A DNA stretch of 64,000 nucleotides from a virus (taxonomy: Duplodnaviria > Caudoviricetes): the IMG/VR virus record IMGVR_UViG_2706795958_000001, positions 16,651-80,650 of that record; one strand, written 5' to 3'. A program made the position numbers and the translations under genes. The notes below the pieces were generated by a model. The model was not told where the DNA came from and did no database searches. It worked only from the letters and a program-made list of their open reading frames with translations. Each line of letters starts with the position of its first letter. The first letter of the stretch is position 1. Positions 10,321 through 20,344 of the stretch are shown piece by piece.

Positions 10321-12951
10321 ATGGGGCGCTACATACATAGGCCGCTGTACTCCGTTGACTACGGTGAGGTTGAAACCGTAGGCAGCGGAGTGGTGTTGGG
10401 CGATAATAACGACAACACCTTCAAGCGTTACTTCCAGGATGCTGGCTCTATTCAGACCTACCCTGCATTTCCTACCGTGGGAGCCATCCCGGTCGGACGA
10501 GACATTATTGCCGTGAGAAATGCTCACCGCCAACGTAATACAGGTTTACTGGGCCTGTATAACGGGTGGGTTATGTCGTACCTGCGTGTTGGAGGAAAGA
10601 AAGAACCTAGCACCCGCACCTACGTGCAGGATGGTTACAACGACGACGCGCGCACCATTGAGGGGCCAGCGCTCTACAACAAGAATCTAGCGCCGTGGCT
10701 ACCCGCCGATATTACTGCTATGGGTAGCGAAACCGGTGCTGCCGTAGGCGAAATTGGTCCCAACAAGGGCAACCGTTGGTGTGTGTGCTCGGAATCGTTC
10801 ATCATCGCGGTCTACGACGATCCGGTGCCGGTTCCGACCACACCATATCCGGCGAACAATCAAACCATTGATACATCGTCGGTGAATTTCTCAGCGGTGA
10901 TGCCTGCGCCACAGCCAGAGCAGCCGGTACAGGCAATTTTTCAGGTTGCCCGAGATTCGGGATTTACCAACGACGTTCGCACGTTCGCCCCCGCCGCAAA
11001 TGAACTCGTGCAGTCCACTGCCGCTGGCACACGTAGCTACTACAACAGCGTGTTGCTCGATGATTCCAAGTGGACCAATCTTGGTCCGGGGCAATGGTAT
11101 TTGCGCATGAAGGGGCGCGACTATCGGGGCAAGGAAAGCGCGTGGGGTGCTGTTACCACGTTCAATATCGTCCACACTGCATTGCCGGTGCCGTCGCCCA
11201 CCGAACCTGCTGGATCATCCACTGTTGCAACACCGTACGCAAAACGCACCGCTACGCTTTCCACAACACCAAGCGGTGGTCGGAAAGTCGGTATTACGTA
11301 CCAGCTTTCAAAGCAGTCTGACTTTTCCGGCGCTGTCGTGCAGTGGACCAATACTGCTGACGGGGTAAAGGTCGTGTCTCCGAGCTTGCCTGCTGTGATC
11401 GGTTATGACCCGACCCCGAACCCCGCTGTAATTCCTGGAAAGCAAGGCAACACTGTATCGGTGGAAGACCCGAGTCAGTATACCTCGCAAGGGGTTTGGT
11501 ACTACCGTGTGCGCGCTACCGATACCTACGGTCAATCGGGTGCATGGTCAAGCTCGATCGCTTTCACGGTTTCCCATCGACCGATTCCGGCGAACGTATT
11601 CCCTTCTGGTGGAAAGAGTTTCGACCAGGATTTGCAGATGGTTACCTGGGACTTCACTGACCCTTGGAGCGGGGATACTCAATCTGCATACCAGATGCGC
11701 GTGCTAGATAATGCGAACACGGTTATTCAGGATACCGGTAAGCTGAATTCGTCTCTGGCGCGGGCAGATATGAATATCCCTACATCATGGCTACATCAGA
11801 TGATGAAGATTGGTGTTCGTATTTGGGACGCGGATGACGTTGCCTCACTTACTGAATACCAGTCTACATTCCGCCTGTCTGTGGCGCCGATTATTACGAT
11901 GCCATTTCCCGCAGCCGATAGCGCGATTATTACCGGCCAGCCGAACATCACATGGTCGTGTGTTTTTGCACGCCCTGAGCTGACTCAGAAATCTTTCCGT
12001 ATCAAGTTCACGAATCGACTGGATTCCAAGATTGCATTCGACAGTGGCACAATCGTTTCCACTGCTACCGCATACATGCCTCCGACGCCGATCTTGAAAA
12101 ACCTTAGCGGATATCAGATTTCACTTACCGTTACCGACAGTGAGGATTTGAGCCGCACACTTATCAGGAACTTCTCAACGAACTTTGAACGTCCTGAGTT
12201 TGTACCTGCAACCTCTGACGCATCGGATTACAACGCCAATGGCTTTGTGACGGTTAATTTTCCGAACGGTAACCCTGACCCTCAGTTCCTCGAATGGCGC
12301 ATCTATCATCGTAAGCACAGCGCCTACGATGAGAATGAATGGCAGCTTGCCGGTACTGTATCCGATCCTGACACAAGAGAATTTAGGGATTGGATGATCG
12401 CTGGTAACGGTGAGTTCGACCTAAGTGTTACACAGGCGGCGTACCGATTTGGCTCTATCGTGGAGTCTTCACAGGATGAATTCGTTCAGCCTGTGTATAT
12501 ATTCTCGGATAAGTACTGGCTCATCTCCCCCGAGGACTCGTCTTTGAATATCAAGCTGCACAATGTAAATGCCGATAAGTTCACTGATGAGCGCGAGTTT
12601 AATCAGTACACGATTATGAATGGTGGACGTCGAACCATCTTCGGTACAAAGATGGGAAAGACTGGCAATCTTACCTGCCAGATTAGGCACAATCAGCAGA
12701 AGGGCGCATCTGAACAGGTTGACGATCTAATGTCGCTGGCGGATCACAATTCTGTTGTGTTCCTTAAAGACCCGTTCGGCAATGTCACACCTGTTGCTCT
12801 GGGTAATATTGGCGTGGATCGTATTCCGGGTGTTGGAACTTCGGAGTTCGCCGACGTTGATATTCCCTACGCTGAGGTGATTGATACCACCGGTGGAAAG
12901 ATCGTCAATACTGTTGCTATCTACGGGATTATTGATGGTGGTGCGCCGTGA
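10321..12951 (+). CDS. Minor tail protein with Fn3/Ig-like repeats
   Basis: 876 aa directly after the TMP; WY.R(M/V)K/RA.D..G..SAW motifs twice (Fn3-like). Confidence 0.75.
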   Translation: MGRYIHRPLYSVDYGEVETVGSGVVLGDNNDNTFKRYFQDAGSIQTYPAFPTVGAIPVGRDIIAVRNAHRQRNTGLLGLYNGWVMSYLRVGGKKEPSTRTYVQDGYNDDARTIEGPALYNKNLAPWLPADITAMGSETGAAVGEIGPNKGNRWCVCSESFIIAVYDDPVPVPTTPYPANNQTIDTSSVNFSAVMPAPQPEQPVQAIFQVARDSGFTNDVRTFAPAANELVQSTAAGTRSYYNSVLLDDSKWTNLGPGQWYLRMKGRDYRGKESAWGAVTTFNIVHTALPVPSPTEPAGSSTVATPYAKRTATLSTTPSGGRKVGITYQLSKQSDFSGAVVQWTNTADGVKVVSPSLPAVIGYDPTPNPAVIPGKQGNTVSVEDPSQYTSQGVWYYRVRATDTYGQSGAWSSSIAFTVSHRPIPANVFPSGGKSFDQDLQMVTWDFTDPWSGDTQSAYQMRVLDNANTVIQDTGKLNSSLARADMNIPTSWLHQMMKIGVRIWDADDVASLTEYQSTFRLSVAPIITMPFPAADSAIITGQPNITWSCVFARPELTQKSFRIKFTNRLDSKIAFDSGTIVSTATAYMPPTPILKNLSGYQISLTVTDSEDLSRTLIRNFSTNFERPEFVPATSDASDYNANGFVTVNFPNGNPDPQFLEWRIYHRKHSAYDENEWQLAGTVSDPDTREFRDWMIAGNGEFDLSVTQAAYRFGSIVESSQDEFVQPVYIFSDKYWLISPEDSSLNIKLHNVNADKFTDEREFNQYTIMNGGRRTIFGTKMGKTGNLTCQIRHNQQKGASEQVDDLMSLADHNSVVFLKDPFGNVTPVALGNIGVDRIPGVGTSEFADVDIPYAEVIDTTGGKIVNTVAIYGIIDGGAP

Positions 12952-14705
12952 GTGTAGCTCCCAATAGATTTATTCAGGACGCTCTTAATGCTCCAACCTC
13001 TGAGCATGTGCGTCGTATTGAGCTATATGAATATGACGGCAAAACCCCGTGGAAACAAGAGCTTTGGGATTCTATTCTTGTAGAATGTTCCGTCAGTGCG
13101 GACTACGATCGGGACGAACGACGGAATGCCGATATAACTCTCGATAACTGGAACTTTGAACTTAATCCAGAAGCCGGTAACTTGTGGTATGACAAGGTGA
13201 TTAAGCTCTACTACGGTCTTATTACTCACCAGAATCAGCGTGATCCGGCAATCATGATCGTGGAAGAGTTCAATTCGCTTGGTCAGGCATTGGCCCTTAA
13301 ACGGCTATTGTCCGCTGCCGGAATCAAAGTCGTGCATTACAATCCACAGGTAACTACGCTTGCAGAGGTTCAGGATTTCGACATACTGATTTCAATTTCT
13401 GATACTTACACGCGCAAGTTGAGCCTACTTACCTCTGCATTCAATGCGGGTAAATCCATCCTCACTTTTGGCCTGGATGCCACGAGTGCTCAGCTGCCCT
13501 ACATTATCACCGGCGCTGCAACGTCTTTGGTGTCCGTTCCCGGTGAGCGAATGATGGAACAGAACCTTGAAGTAGAGGATGAAATTATCACCGGGTGGGA
13601 TTCGTGGAGAACCAATTCACCCGGCAGTATTCGTAGAATCCTTACCCCCGCAGCGGGTTCAGAGGTAATCGTCAACCACTACGACGACGCCAATGGATTC
13701 ACCCCAGGCTTCGTTATGCGCTCAGACCTTAACGGGCAGACGTGGATTCATGGCCTAGTCAACGATTTTGAAACTGACTCATTCCCCACGACGGCGGACT
13801 GGCAGGAGTACTCTAATTTTCTTGGTGCAGTGATTGATAGGCTCATCTATTATTCGGTTGAACCTGAATGGGAAACTCAGATGGGTGAATTCGTTATCGA
13901 CACTCTCGGTGGTAGCAGTGAAAGTCGTGGCATGGTCAATGTGACCTGTCGTGATTACACCAAGCGATGCTTGCAGTCTAAGCTTTCTAAAGCAACGATG
14001 TTTACTGCTACACAAAAGGTTTCAGACGTTATCAAGGCACTTGCCTACAATGCCGGTATCACCAAGGATAAGGTGCCGGATATGAATTATACTGTAGGCA
14101 AAGACACTACGTACGAACGCGATCAGCCTCGCTGGGAAATCATGAAGACTCTTGCTCAGGCAAATAACCTAAATATCTTCTTTGATTCTCAGGGATACCT
14201 TTGCCTGACAGAGCAATCCGATCCTATTACCTCACCACCGGTTCTGTCTCTGGAAGATGGTCCGCGCGGTAACCTGGTCAATATTGATCGGCGTACCAGT
14301 GACACGAGCATTTACAACCGAGTTACTGTTGTAGGCGAGTCGTCCGACCAGACCAAGCCTCTTGTCTATGGCGAGGCGGTTAATGAAAACCCTGATTCGC
14401 CAACGAGTATCGGCGCAATTGGTGAGCGTACGAATAACATCACAAATAGCATGGTGACCTCTAATCAGCAGGCGCAAGAGATTGCAACGACGCTGCTCAG
14501 TGTGTCATCATTGGAAGAGTTTGAAATGAATTTCACTGCATCTATGCTTCCTTGGATAGAGCCTGGTGAAATCGTTGAGCTTAATATTCAATACGGTATT
14601 GAGGCTGAGCAATGGGGACCAGCTAGATTCCTTATTACTTCGTTGACGTTTCCATTTGATCTTAGTCCCATGTCTGGCACAGGAAAGAGGATCACCAAGC
14701 TATGA
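12948..14705 (+). CDS. Minor tail protein (baseplate hub/Tal-like)
   Basis: GTGA overlap with the previous gene; CRDYTK, NIFFDSQG.L.L, YNRVTVVGE, PWIEPGEIV motifs typical of actinophage hub proteins. Confidence 0.75.
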   Translation: MSVAPNRFIQDALNAPTSEHVRRIELYEYDGKTPWKQELWDSILVECSVSADYDRDERRNADITLDNWNFELNPEAGNLWYDKVIKLYYGLITHQNQRDPAIMIVEEFNSLGQALALKRLLSAAGIKVVHYNPQVTTLAEVQDFDILISISDTYTRKLSLLTSAFNAGKSILTFGLDATSAQLPYIITGAATSLVSVPGERMMEQNLEVEDEIITGWDSWRTNSPGSIRRILTPAAGSEVIVNHYDDANGFTPGFVMRSDLNGQTWIHGLVNDFETDSFPTTADWQEYSNFLGAVIDRLIYYSVEPEWETQMGEFVIDTLGGSSESRGMVNVTCRDYTKRCLQSKLSKATMFTATQKVSDVIKALAYNAGITKDKVPDMNYTVGKDTTYERDQPRWEIMKTLAQANNLNIFFDSQGYLCLTEQSDPITSPPVLSLEDGPRGNLVNIDRRTSDTSIYNRVTVVGESSDQTKPLVYGEAVNENPDSPTSIGAIGERTNNITNSMVTSNQQAQEIATTLLSVSSLEEFEMNFTASMLPWIEPGEIVELNIQYGIEAEQWGPARFLITSLTFPFDLSPMSGTGKRITKL

Positions 14706-16387
14706 GTCTGGATTTTGCTGATCCCGAATTTGCCGCACAGCTTGACAGTATTATACGAAAGACTGTGCGTGCTGAGATTGACAAGAATCGTCCCGCGCCG
14801 CGATACGCCGTGGTCAATTCTATCAATCTTGCGCAGAAGTATTGCATGGTTACCTATACGGGTGAAACCGATTCCGTGCGTGTACCCTTCAATACGGTAA
14901 TCCCGAATGAGGTTGGGCAAGAGGTACGTATTGAGGGGACGCCAGGAGACCGTTATATCACGGCCATTCGAGGTACCTCAAAGCTAGAGCAGGACACTGA
15001 CAACGCCACAGGGGCCGCGCAGACGGCACAGGAGCAGGCTCAGTCAGCCAGCGAGGCAGCAGAAGCCGCGTCGAATCAGGCTAATAACGTTGAAGCGCAG
15101 CTTTTTACGCGCACAACTCGACCTTTGTATCGTGGCCTAAACCCCACCGGTGAATCATCTTTTGATTACCAGCTTCTTAGTGAGCCTGGATTACATAATC
15201 ATTCCGCTGGTTTTACTATGGAATCCGCTGGCTCTCATTCAGGTCATGATGGAACCCTTGGCACTAAGGGTTCCCATACCCATGAGATGATTATCACCGT
15301 TGGTGCTGGTGGTACGTCTGAAATTGCGGTAACGGCATCACTGTTGCACATGCCATTTATTAAGTGCGAGATGGCGTCTAGAAAAGATGTGCTGTACTTT
15401 AAGGCACGTCGAACCAATGATCTCACTACGTGTTATGCAGATATTTACATCATGGAAGACGATGGATCGTGGACGTGGAAAGCCACTACCGCCAACCTTG
15501 CTCTTGATATAACGACCAGCAAGGGCTGGATAGTTGTCAACACCGATGCGTATGTTTCTAGTCCCAAGGATATCATAGGCGTTCAATTTAGGCCGGTTGG
15601 TGCCGGAACACTCTATCTAGACGGTAGACGTTTTCCAATTGAAAACTATCCTAATACCGTTCGACCGCTGAACGTTTCAATGGCGCGAACTACAAATTCT
15701 GCACCGGCATCCATTGCTGCAAGCGAAGCTGATTCCAGGTATTCTTACCTGCTGGCATACGTGGAATATGGACAGTTAAGTATTCCTGCACCTGCACCCA
15801 GAGACTTCTTTGAGAACTTTAATAGCGTGCCAATTGGTACATCGTTTCCGTATGCGGCTAAAGATCAGGGTGAGCATCTTTCTATTTCTAATGGAGAGCT
15901 TGTTAATCCAAGCAATCAGCTTCTTACCCAGCGAGCTATGAGGTTCTATAAGAGTCCGGTCAATACAGATGTCTTCGAGGTTGAATGGACAGTCCGAGCT
16001 ATTGATGGTGATAGCATTGCAGCCGGTATAGTGCTGTTTGGTTCATCTACCATGCAGAGATTTGCTACCGTACAAATCAACAAGAATGAAGTTGAGATTA
16101 CTACCGCCGGATCGGGAATTGGCAACAGTCAAACTCAGCGAGCTATCACTTCAACAACCGGAAACAATGGTCGATGGCGAGCCACATTCGATATCAATGA
16201 CAATCGTACTCTGAAAATCTACAAGCCAGGATCACCAACTGTTCCCATTGTGCAGTGGTCCGATACAGGCAATTACCTGTTCATGGGTAAAGGTAACCGT
16301 CTGGCCGGATGCTACATTGAGCACGGTAGCTTTAAGAGTGCGGGTATTCTTGAAGACTTCGCCTACAGAGATTGGATTCAGTCATGA
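14702..16387 (+). CDS. Minor tail protein (candidate receptor-binding protein)
   Basis: N-terminal OB-like segment, coiled linker, His-rich GSHSGHDG/GSHTH fibre-type motif, beta-rich C-terminal domain. Confidence 0.6.
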   Translation: MSLDFADPEFAAQLDSIIRKTVRAEIDKNRPAPRYAVVNSINLAQKYCMVTYTGETDSVRVPFNTVIPNEVGQEVRIEGTPGDRYITAIRGTSKLEQDTDNATGAAQTAQEQAQSASEAAEAASNQANNVEAQLFTRTTRPLYRGLNPTGESSFDYQLLSEPGLHNHSAGFTMESAGSHSGHDGTLGTKGSHTHEMIITVGAGGTSEIAVTASLLHMPFIKCEMASRKDVLYFKARRTNDLTTCYADIYIMEDDGSWTWKATTANLALDITTSKGWIVVNTDAYVSSPKDIIGVQFRPVGAGTLYLDGRRFPIENYPNTVRPLNVSMARTTNSAPASIAASEADSRYSYLLAYVEYGQLSIPAPAPRDFFENFNSVPIGTSFPYAAKDQGEHLSISNGELVNPSNQLLTQRAMRFYKSPVNTDVFEVEWTVRAIDGDSIAAGIVLFGSSTMQRFATVQINKNEVEITTAGSGIGNSQTQRAITSTTGNNGRWRATFDINDNRTLKIYKPGSPTVPIVQWSDTGNYLFMGKGNRLAGCYIEHGSFKSAGILEDFAYRDWIQS

Positions 16388-16635
16388 TAGTAAATTTCAA
16401 CGGTATCGAGCTTGATATCGAAATTGACGAGAATGAAATGCTGTGCATCAAGCGAGATGGCTTGGCAAAGGGTGCGGTAAGCGTTCGTATGGAGGAACCT
16501 GAGACTCCTGAGCCTGAGATCGAACCCATCCGCCAGGAATTTGTACCCGATAATCCTATCCTGCCGGATGGGTTTAACATTGTCGGAGACGATGTTCTAG
16601 ACGAACAAGGTAACTCCGTGTTCGGAAAGAGTTAA
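16384..16635 (+). CDS. Hypothetical protein
   Basis: ATGA overlap with the previous stop; acidic 83 aa. Confidence 0.55.
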   Translation: MIVNFNGIELDIEIDENEMLCIKRDGLAKGAVSVRMEEPETPEPEIEPIRQEFVPDNPILPDGFNIVGDDVLDEQGNSVFGKS

Positions 16636-16653
16636 TGCGACCCAGTCGGTCGC

Positions 16654-16682
16654 GTGACTGTGAGCGCATCGGACACTATACT
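16654..16682 (+). promoter_or_regulatory. SigA-like promoter upstream of lysin A
   Basis: GTGACT-17 nt-TATACT. Confidence 0.45.
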
Positions 16683-16712
16683 GAGTAGTGCTAACAGACA
16701 GGAAAACATATT

Positions 16713-18488
16713 ATGGCTCACCTTATCGACTATTCGGGTGGATATCCCGGCGCGGCGGCGGTAGAAGCTGCTGGATTCGATGGTGCAATTCGGTACCTTT
16801 GTAATTCTCCCGATAGGGGATTGACAAAGAAAAAGATCACCAAGGCGGAAGCCGATGATTATAAAGCGCATGGCTTGCAGCTTGTTTCTAACTGGCAATT
16901 GGGCAAAGGTGCTAGTGCTGACTTTAAAGTTGGTGATCCATTCCGCACTGGCGCTAGCATGGGCCAGCGCGCTCTTGATGAGCACTTTGCTGTTGGAGGT
17001 TCTGGATTTACGCCGATCTATTTCTCGGTTGATGAAGATGTAAATCTTAATACCTGGAATAATCGAGTTCTCCCTTGGCTCAATGGAATTGCTTCTATAA
17101 TTGGCAAGGAATGGGTTGGGGTTTACGGCGGCCAGCGCTCTATGTGGTGGGCCAAAGAGGACGGGTTTACATGGCTTTGGCAGACTCTTGCGTGGAGCCG
17201 ATATGACGTTAACGGTAATTGGAACGCAAGCCTGCCCGTTCAGTGGGAAGACGTTCATATTCGCCAGTATGAGGTAGATAAGCAAAAGGTCAATGGAATT
17301 GGCATTGACCGAAATACTACCCATAAAACAGACTACGGTCAGTGGGGCATCAATCGTAAGCCCGCTCCTGTAGTTATCACTGAACCTCAGGAGAATGCAG
17401 CAGTGGCAAAGCCTAATTACACTCAGCTTGATATGTACGGCAGCGGTTACAGTAATCGCTGGGGTGCAAGGATTAGCAATATCCTGGGTCATACTCAGGA
17501 GGCTCCCGATAGCGCTACGCCGGAAAATCTTGCACGGTATTGCAATGGCGCTAACGGTGTGAGCTACCACGACATTATTGGTCATGGTCGTTTGGTTCGA
17601 GTGGTTAATCCCGACTGGGCGTCCTGGTCGGTTCTCGATGCTAATCCGTACACCTACAATATCTGTTTCTCCGGCTCTCGCGCGTCTATGACTCGTGCAG
17701 AGTGGCTTAAGCGTGAACTGGATATTCGCATCTTTGCCTGGCGCGCTATTGAGATTGCACGCCTAAAGGGTGTAGATACTACCGTTATTAAGCCTCCGTA
17801 TAAGAAGCGCGCCGGTATCTCCGACCATAACTACGTGACTCGTGCGCTTGGCATTGGTACGCATACCGACCTGGGTCCGAATTTCCCTTGGGATAAGTTG
17901 GAGCAGTTCGTGCGTGAATATCTTTCTGGTGCCGCACCCAAGCCTATCGTGAATGCTATTGATCAGGAGTACGGTCGTGCAAAGGCTTGGATTGGTAATC
18001 CCGTTGATCCTAAGGAACGTCCTACGGCTGATGGAAAAGGCCGGTTTCGCAAGTACGAATTCGGCTATATTTACTGGTCTCCACTTACGGGTGCTCACGC
18101 TATACCGGGGAGGCTCTTTGAAGTCTATGCACGTTTTGGATACGAAACAGGATTCCTCGGATATCCTATTGGTGATCATACCGTCCTCCACAAGGATAAT
18201 GATAAGTCCAAGGAAATCGTAGGTGGAGTCCAGGGATTCGAGCATGGCGCGATTTATCGTCAAGAGGGTGACGATTTAGGTTGGCCTGTCGGTGGCGATA
18301 TTCGTAACATGTGGAACCGTAGCGGTTTCGAGAATGGACCTTACGGATGGCCTGCCGGTAAGGAAATTGATATTGTTCCCGGCGTGAAGATTCAGGACTT
18401 CACTAAGGCACGTTTGCTGTGGGCACCGAATAAGGTTATGGCACTCAAGCCTACCGATGGTCACGATGAAGTTCTGCCAGTTTTCTAA
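16713..18488 (+). CDS. lysA: Lysin A: DUF1906/GH25-like glycoside hydrolase + amidase_2 + LGFP repeats
   Basis: IDYS..YP..AV.AAGF.GAIRYL, PIYFSVD (DUF1906); GHTQE, SYH.II, HTDLGPNFPWD (amidase_2); WIGNP, FLGYPIGD, YGWPAGKE (LGFP-like). Confidence 0.92.
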   Translation: MAHLIDYSGGYPGAAAVEAAGFDGAIRYLCNSPDRGLTKKKITKAEADDYKAHGLQLVSNWQLGKGASADFKVGDPFRTGASMGQRALDEHFAVGGSGFTPIYFSVDEDVNLNTWNNRVLPWLNGIASIIGKEWVGVYGGQRSMWWAKEDGFTWLWQTLAWSRYDVNGNWNASLPVQWEDVHIRQYEVDKQKVNGIGIDRNTTHKTDYGQWGINRKPAPVVITEPQENAAVAKPNYTQLDMYGSGYSNRWGARISNILGHTQEAPDSATPENLARYCNGANGVSYHDIIGHGRLVRVVNPDWASWSVLDANPYTYNICFSGSRASMTRAEWLKRELDIRIFAWRAIEIARLKGVDTTVIKPPYKKRAGISDHNYVTRALGIGTHTDLGPNFPWDKLEQFVREYLSGAAPKPIVNAIDQEYGRAKAWIGNPVDPKERPTADGKGRFRKYEFGYIYWSPLTGAHAIPGRLFEVYARFGYETGFLGYPIGDHTVLHKDNDKSKEIVGGVQGFEHGAIYRQEGDDLGWPVGGDIRNMWNRSGFENGPYGWPAGKEIDIVPGVKIQDFTKARLLWAPNKVMALKPTDGHDEVLPVF

Positions 18489-18501
18489 ATAAGGAGAAAC
18501 A

Positions 18502-18885
18502 ATGAACGTACCAGCAAATGTCTTCCAGATTAAGACCCTGGCAGACTGGCGTGTTTTTCTGGCTTACGTCGGTATCCCGGTTATTGTCACGCTTGCAGTG
18601 GCAAAGGGTTGGGCTACTGAAAGTGTTGCCACTCAGATTGGTGTAGCGGTTCTTGCTGCTATTCCTACCAGCCTCGCGGTATTCACTTCCACAGACAGTG
18701 TTCGTCGGTGGGCATACCTGGTCGTGGGTGCTGTCGCTCCGGTGTTTATTGCATTCGGTTGGGTGAGCGATTCCGAGTGGCAGCTTTGGCTGCCTATTAT
18801 CACCCTTTTCCTTGGAAACGGTACTGCTGCTCAGAATGCGCCGACTTCCACCCCCTACGGTGAAGTTCTCAACCGGGCAGCATGA
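18502..18885 (+). CDS. Holin
   Basis: Several TM helices directly after lysA; R.W.Y.V.A actinophage holin pattern; AAGGAG RBS. Confidence 0.75.
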   Translation: MNVPANVFQIKTLADWRVFLAYVGIPVIVTLAVAKGWATESVATQIGVAVLAAIPTSLAVFTSTDSVRRWAYLVVGAVAPVFIAFGWVSDSEWQLWLPIITLFLGNGTAAQNAPTSTPYGEVLNRAA

Positions 18886-19319
18886 TATCCCGAGGCAAAG
18901 GGATTCTAAGTAGGTCAGAGCGGGCTAGGATAGCGATATCTTACGCTAATGTAGCATTGATGCTTCTAGCCGCTCTGGCCTATTTAGTGCCCAATGAATT
19001 CGTCAGGTCTCCTGGTAGACCTGAAAGGTATAGTGGATCACTGCTGGTATTTATTGAAAATCTGACTAGATTTCCTATTTGGTCAACTCTTTTCTTTTCA
19101 TGCGCTGCTGTTCTGTTCGTCTGTCTTGTGTGGAATAAGCCGAACATCTGGAAAGCGCATTGGTATAATTGTGTTGTTGGCTTTGCCTATGCGGCTAGCC
19201 TTTGGTATGGGGGATTCGTTGCACCGGGGACATATGTCGTATTTGCATGTTTCGCCAGCTATGTAGTTTTCGTTAATTACTCGCTGGCTGTTTCTTACGC
19301 GGAAAGACCAGCAGAATGA
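18882..19319 (+). CDS. Membrane protein (lysis cassette)
   Basis: About four hydrophobic helices, ATGA overlap with the holin. Confidence 0.7.
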   Translation: MISRGKGILSRSERARIAISYANVALMLLAALAYLVPNEFVRSPGRPERYSGSLLVFIENLTRFPIWSTLFFSCAAVLFVCLVWNKPNIWKAHWYNCVVGFAYAASLWYGGFVAPGTYVVFACFASYVVFVNYSLAVSYAERPAE

Positions 19320-19834
19320 AGACTGATGCTCTAAATCAACTGCTGTGGGCTGAAAACACGGCAGTGGTTCAGAACTTTACTCATGAAACCCTGTACGGCA
19401 TCGGGACAATCGTAGTAGCGCTGGCAACGCTGGTCGGAGCCTTCGCAACGTATAAGTCCATTAAGGATCGTAGTCAGTTGCGGTCCTACGATGAGCTTGA
19501 AAAGGAACTGGAAGATACCAGAAAGGAGTTTCGGGAGAGGCTGAATAATAGGGATTTAGAGCATCAGGAGGAACGGGATAATATTGATGCTCGATGGCGT
19601 GAAGCTTTTGATAAAAATACGAATGAATTTCGCCAAGAGCTTGATACGGTAAGGGCTACCGCTCGCGCTACTGCAATTGAAGTCTCGGAGCTTAAGCGTG
19701 TTAGTATTGCGTCTATTAATCATATTGATAAGCAGAATCATCAGCTTCGTGAGGTTGGCATAAACCCTGCTCCTTTACCTATTGAGGTTGAGATTTTCAA
19801 GAATAAAGAGCTTGAACGCGGGGAGAATTCATAA
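19316..19834 (+). CDS. Membrane-anchored coiled-coil protein (lysis cassette)
   Basis: One TM segment followed by a heptad-rich region. Confidence 0.7.
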   Translation: MKTDALNQLLWAENTAVVQNFTHETLYGIGTIVVALATLVGAFATYKSIKDRSQLRSYDELEKELEDTRKEFRERLNNRDLEHQEERDNIDARWREAFDKNTNEFRQELDTVRATARATAIEVSELKRVSIASINHIDKQNHQLREVGINPAPLPIEVEIFKNKELERGENS

Positions 19835-20178
19835 TGGCTATCAGTGACTATGCTAATGTTGTTAAATTTCCCTCAGAAGAAAAGCTTGCGCTCTATCCTG
19901 AAATAGATTTCGCATACGAGTTTACGCCCCCAAATGATCACCAGGTCAGTAACACAGACCTGGTGATCATGAAGGTATCCGATCCATTATCATTGCAGGT
20001 TCTGTATTCATGGACAGCCACCAATGATGTAGACAATAATAAGCACCGATTCCGTGTTCCATACAGCGATATCATCTACCTCCCTCACGGTGCGCGATAT
20101 AGGATTTACTTGCAATATGGTCTTCCAGACACTAAGATTTTTCACCAGATGGGTCCAATGATTTGGATAGGACGGTGA
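19834..20178 (+). CDS. Hypothetical (beta-sandwich-like) protein
   Basis: TAATG coupling; beta-rich 114 aa. Confidence 0.6.
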   Translation: MAISDYANVVKFPSEEKLALYPEIDFAYEFTPPNDHQVSNTDLVIMKVSDPLSLQVLYSWTATNDVDNNKHRFRVPYSDIIYLPHGARYRIYLQYGLPDTKIFHQMGPMIWIGR

Positions 20179-20182
20179 ACTA

Positions 20183-20344
20183 GTGGCTGATAATGTGCCG
20201 GATACGGATGGAACACCGGCTAGTACGAATAAAGCACTAGAAGAACTTTACGAATCCCTCAGCGGAAACTCCGTAGGAACGGTGGCATGGGTTGAAGACC
20301 CAGAGGGTAGCGGCCTTTATAGGATGGTAAGCACTGATGGTTAA
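20183..20344 (+). CDS. Small protein (53 aa) with WVEDPEGSGLY motif; below the ORF-track cutoff
   Basis: GTG start, fills the gap and overlaps the next ATG; motif shared with ORF 21723. Confidence 0.55.
   Translation: MADNVPDTDGTPASTNKALEELYESLSGNSVGTVAWVEDPEGSGLYRMVSTDG

Noticed and set aside
16632-17585. 317-aa antisense ORF over lysin A
   Set aside because: Fully overlaps a well-supported gene on the opposite strand; no recognisable motifs
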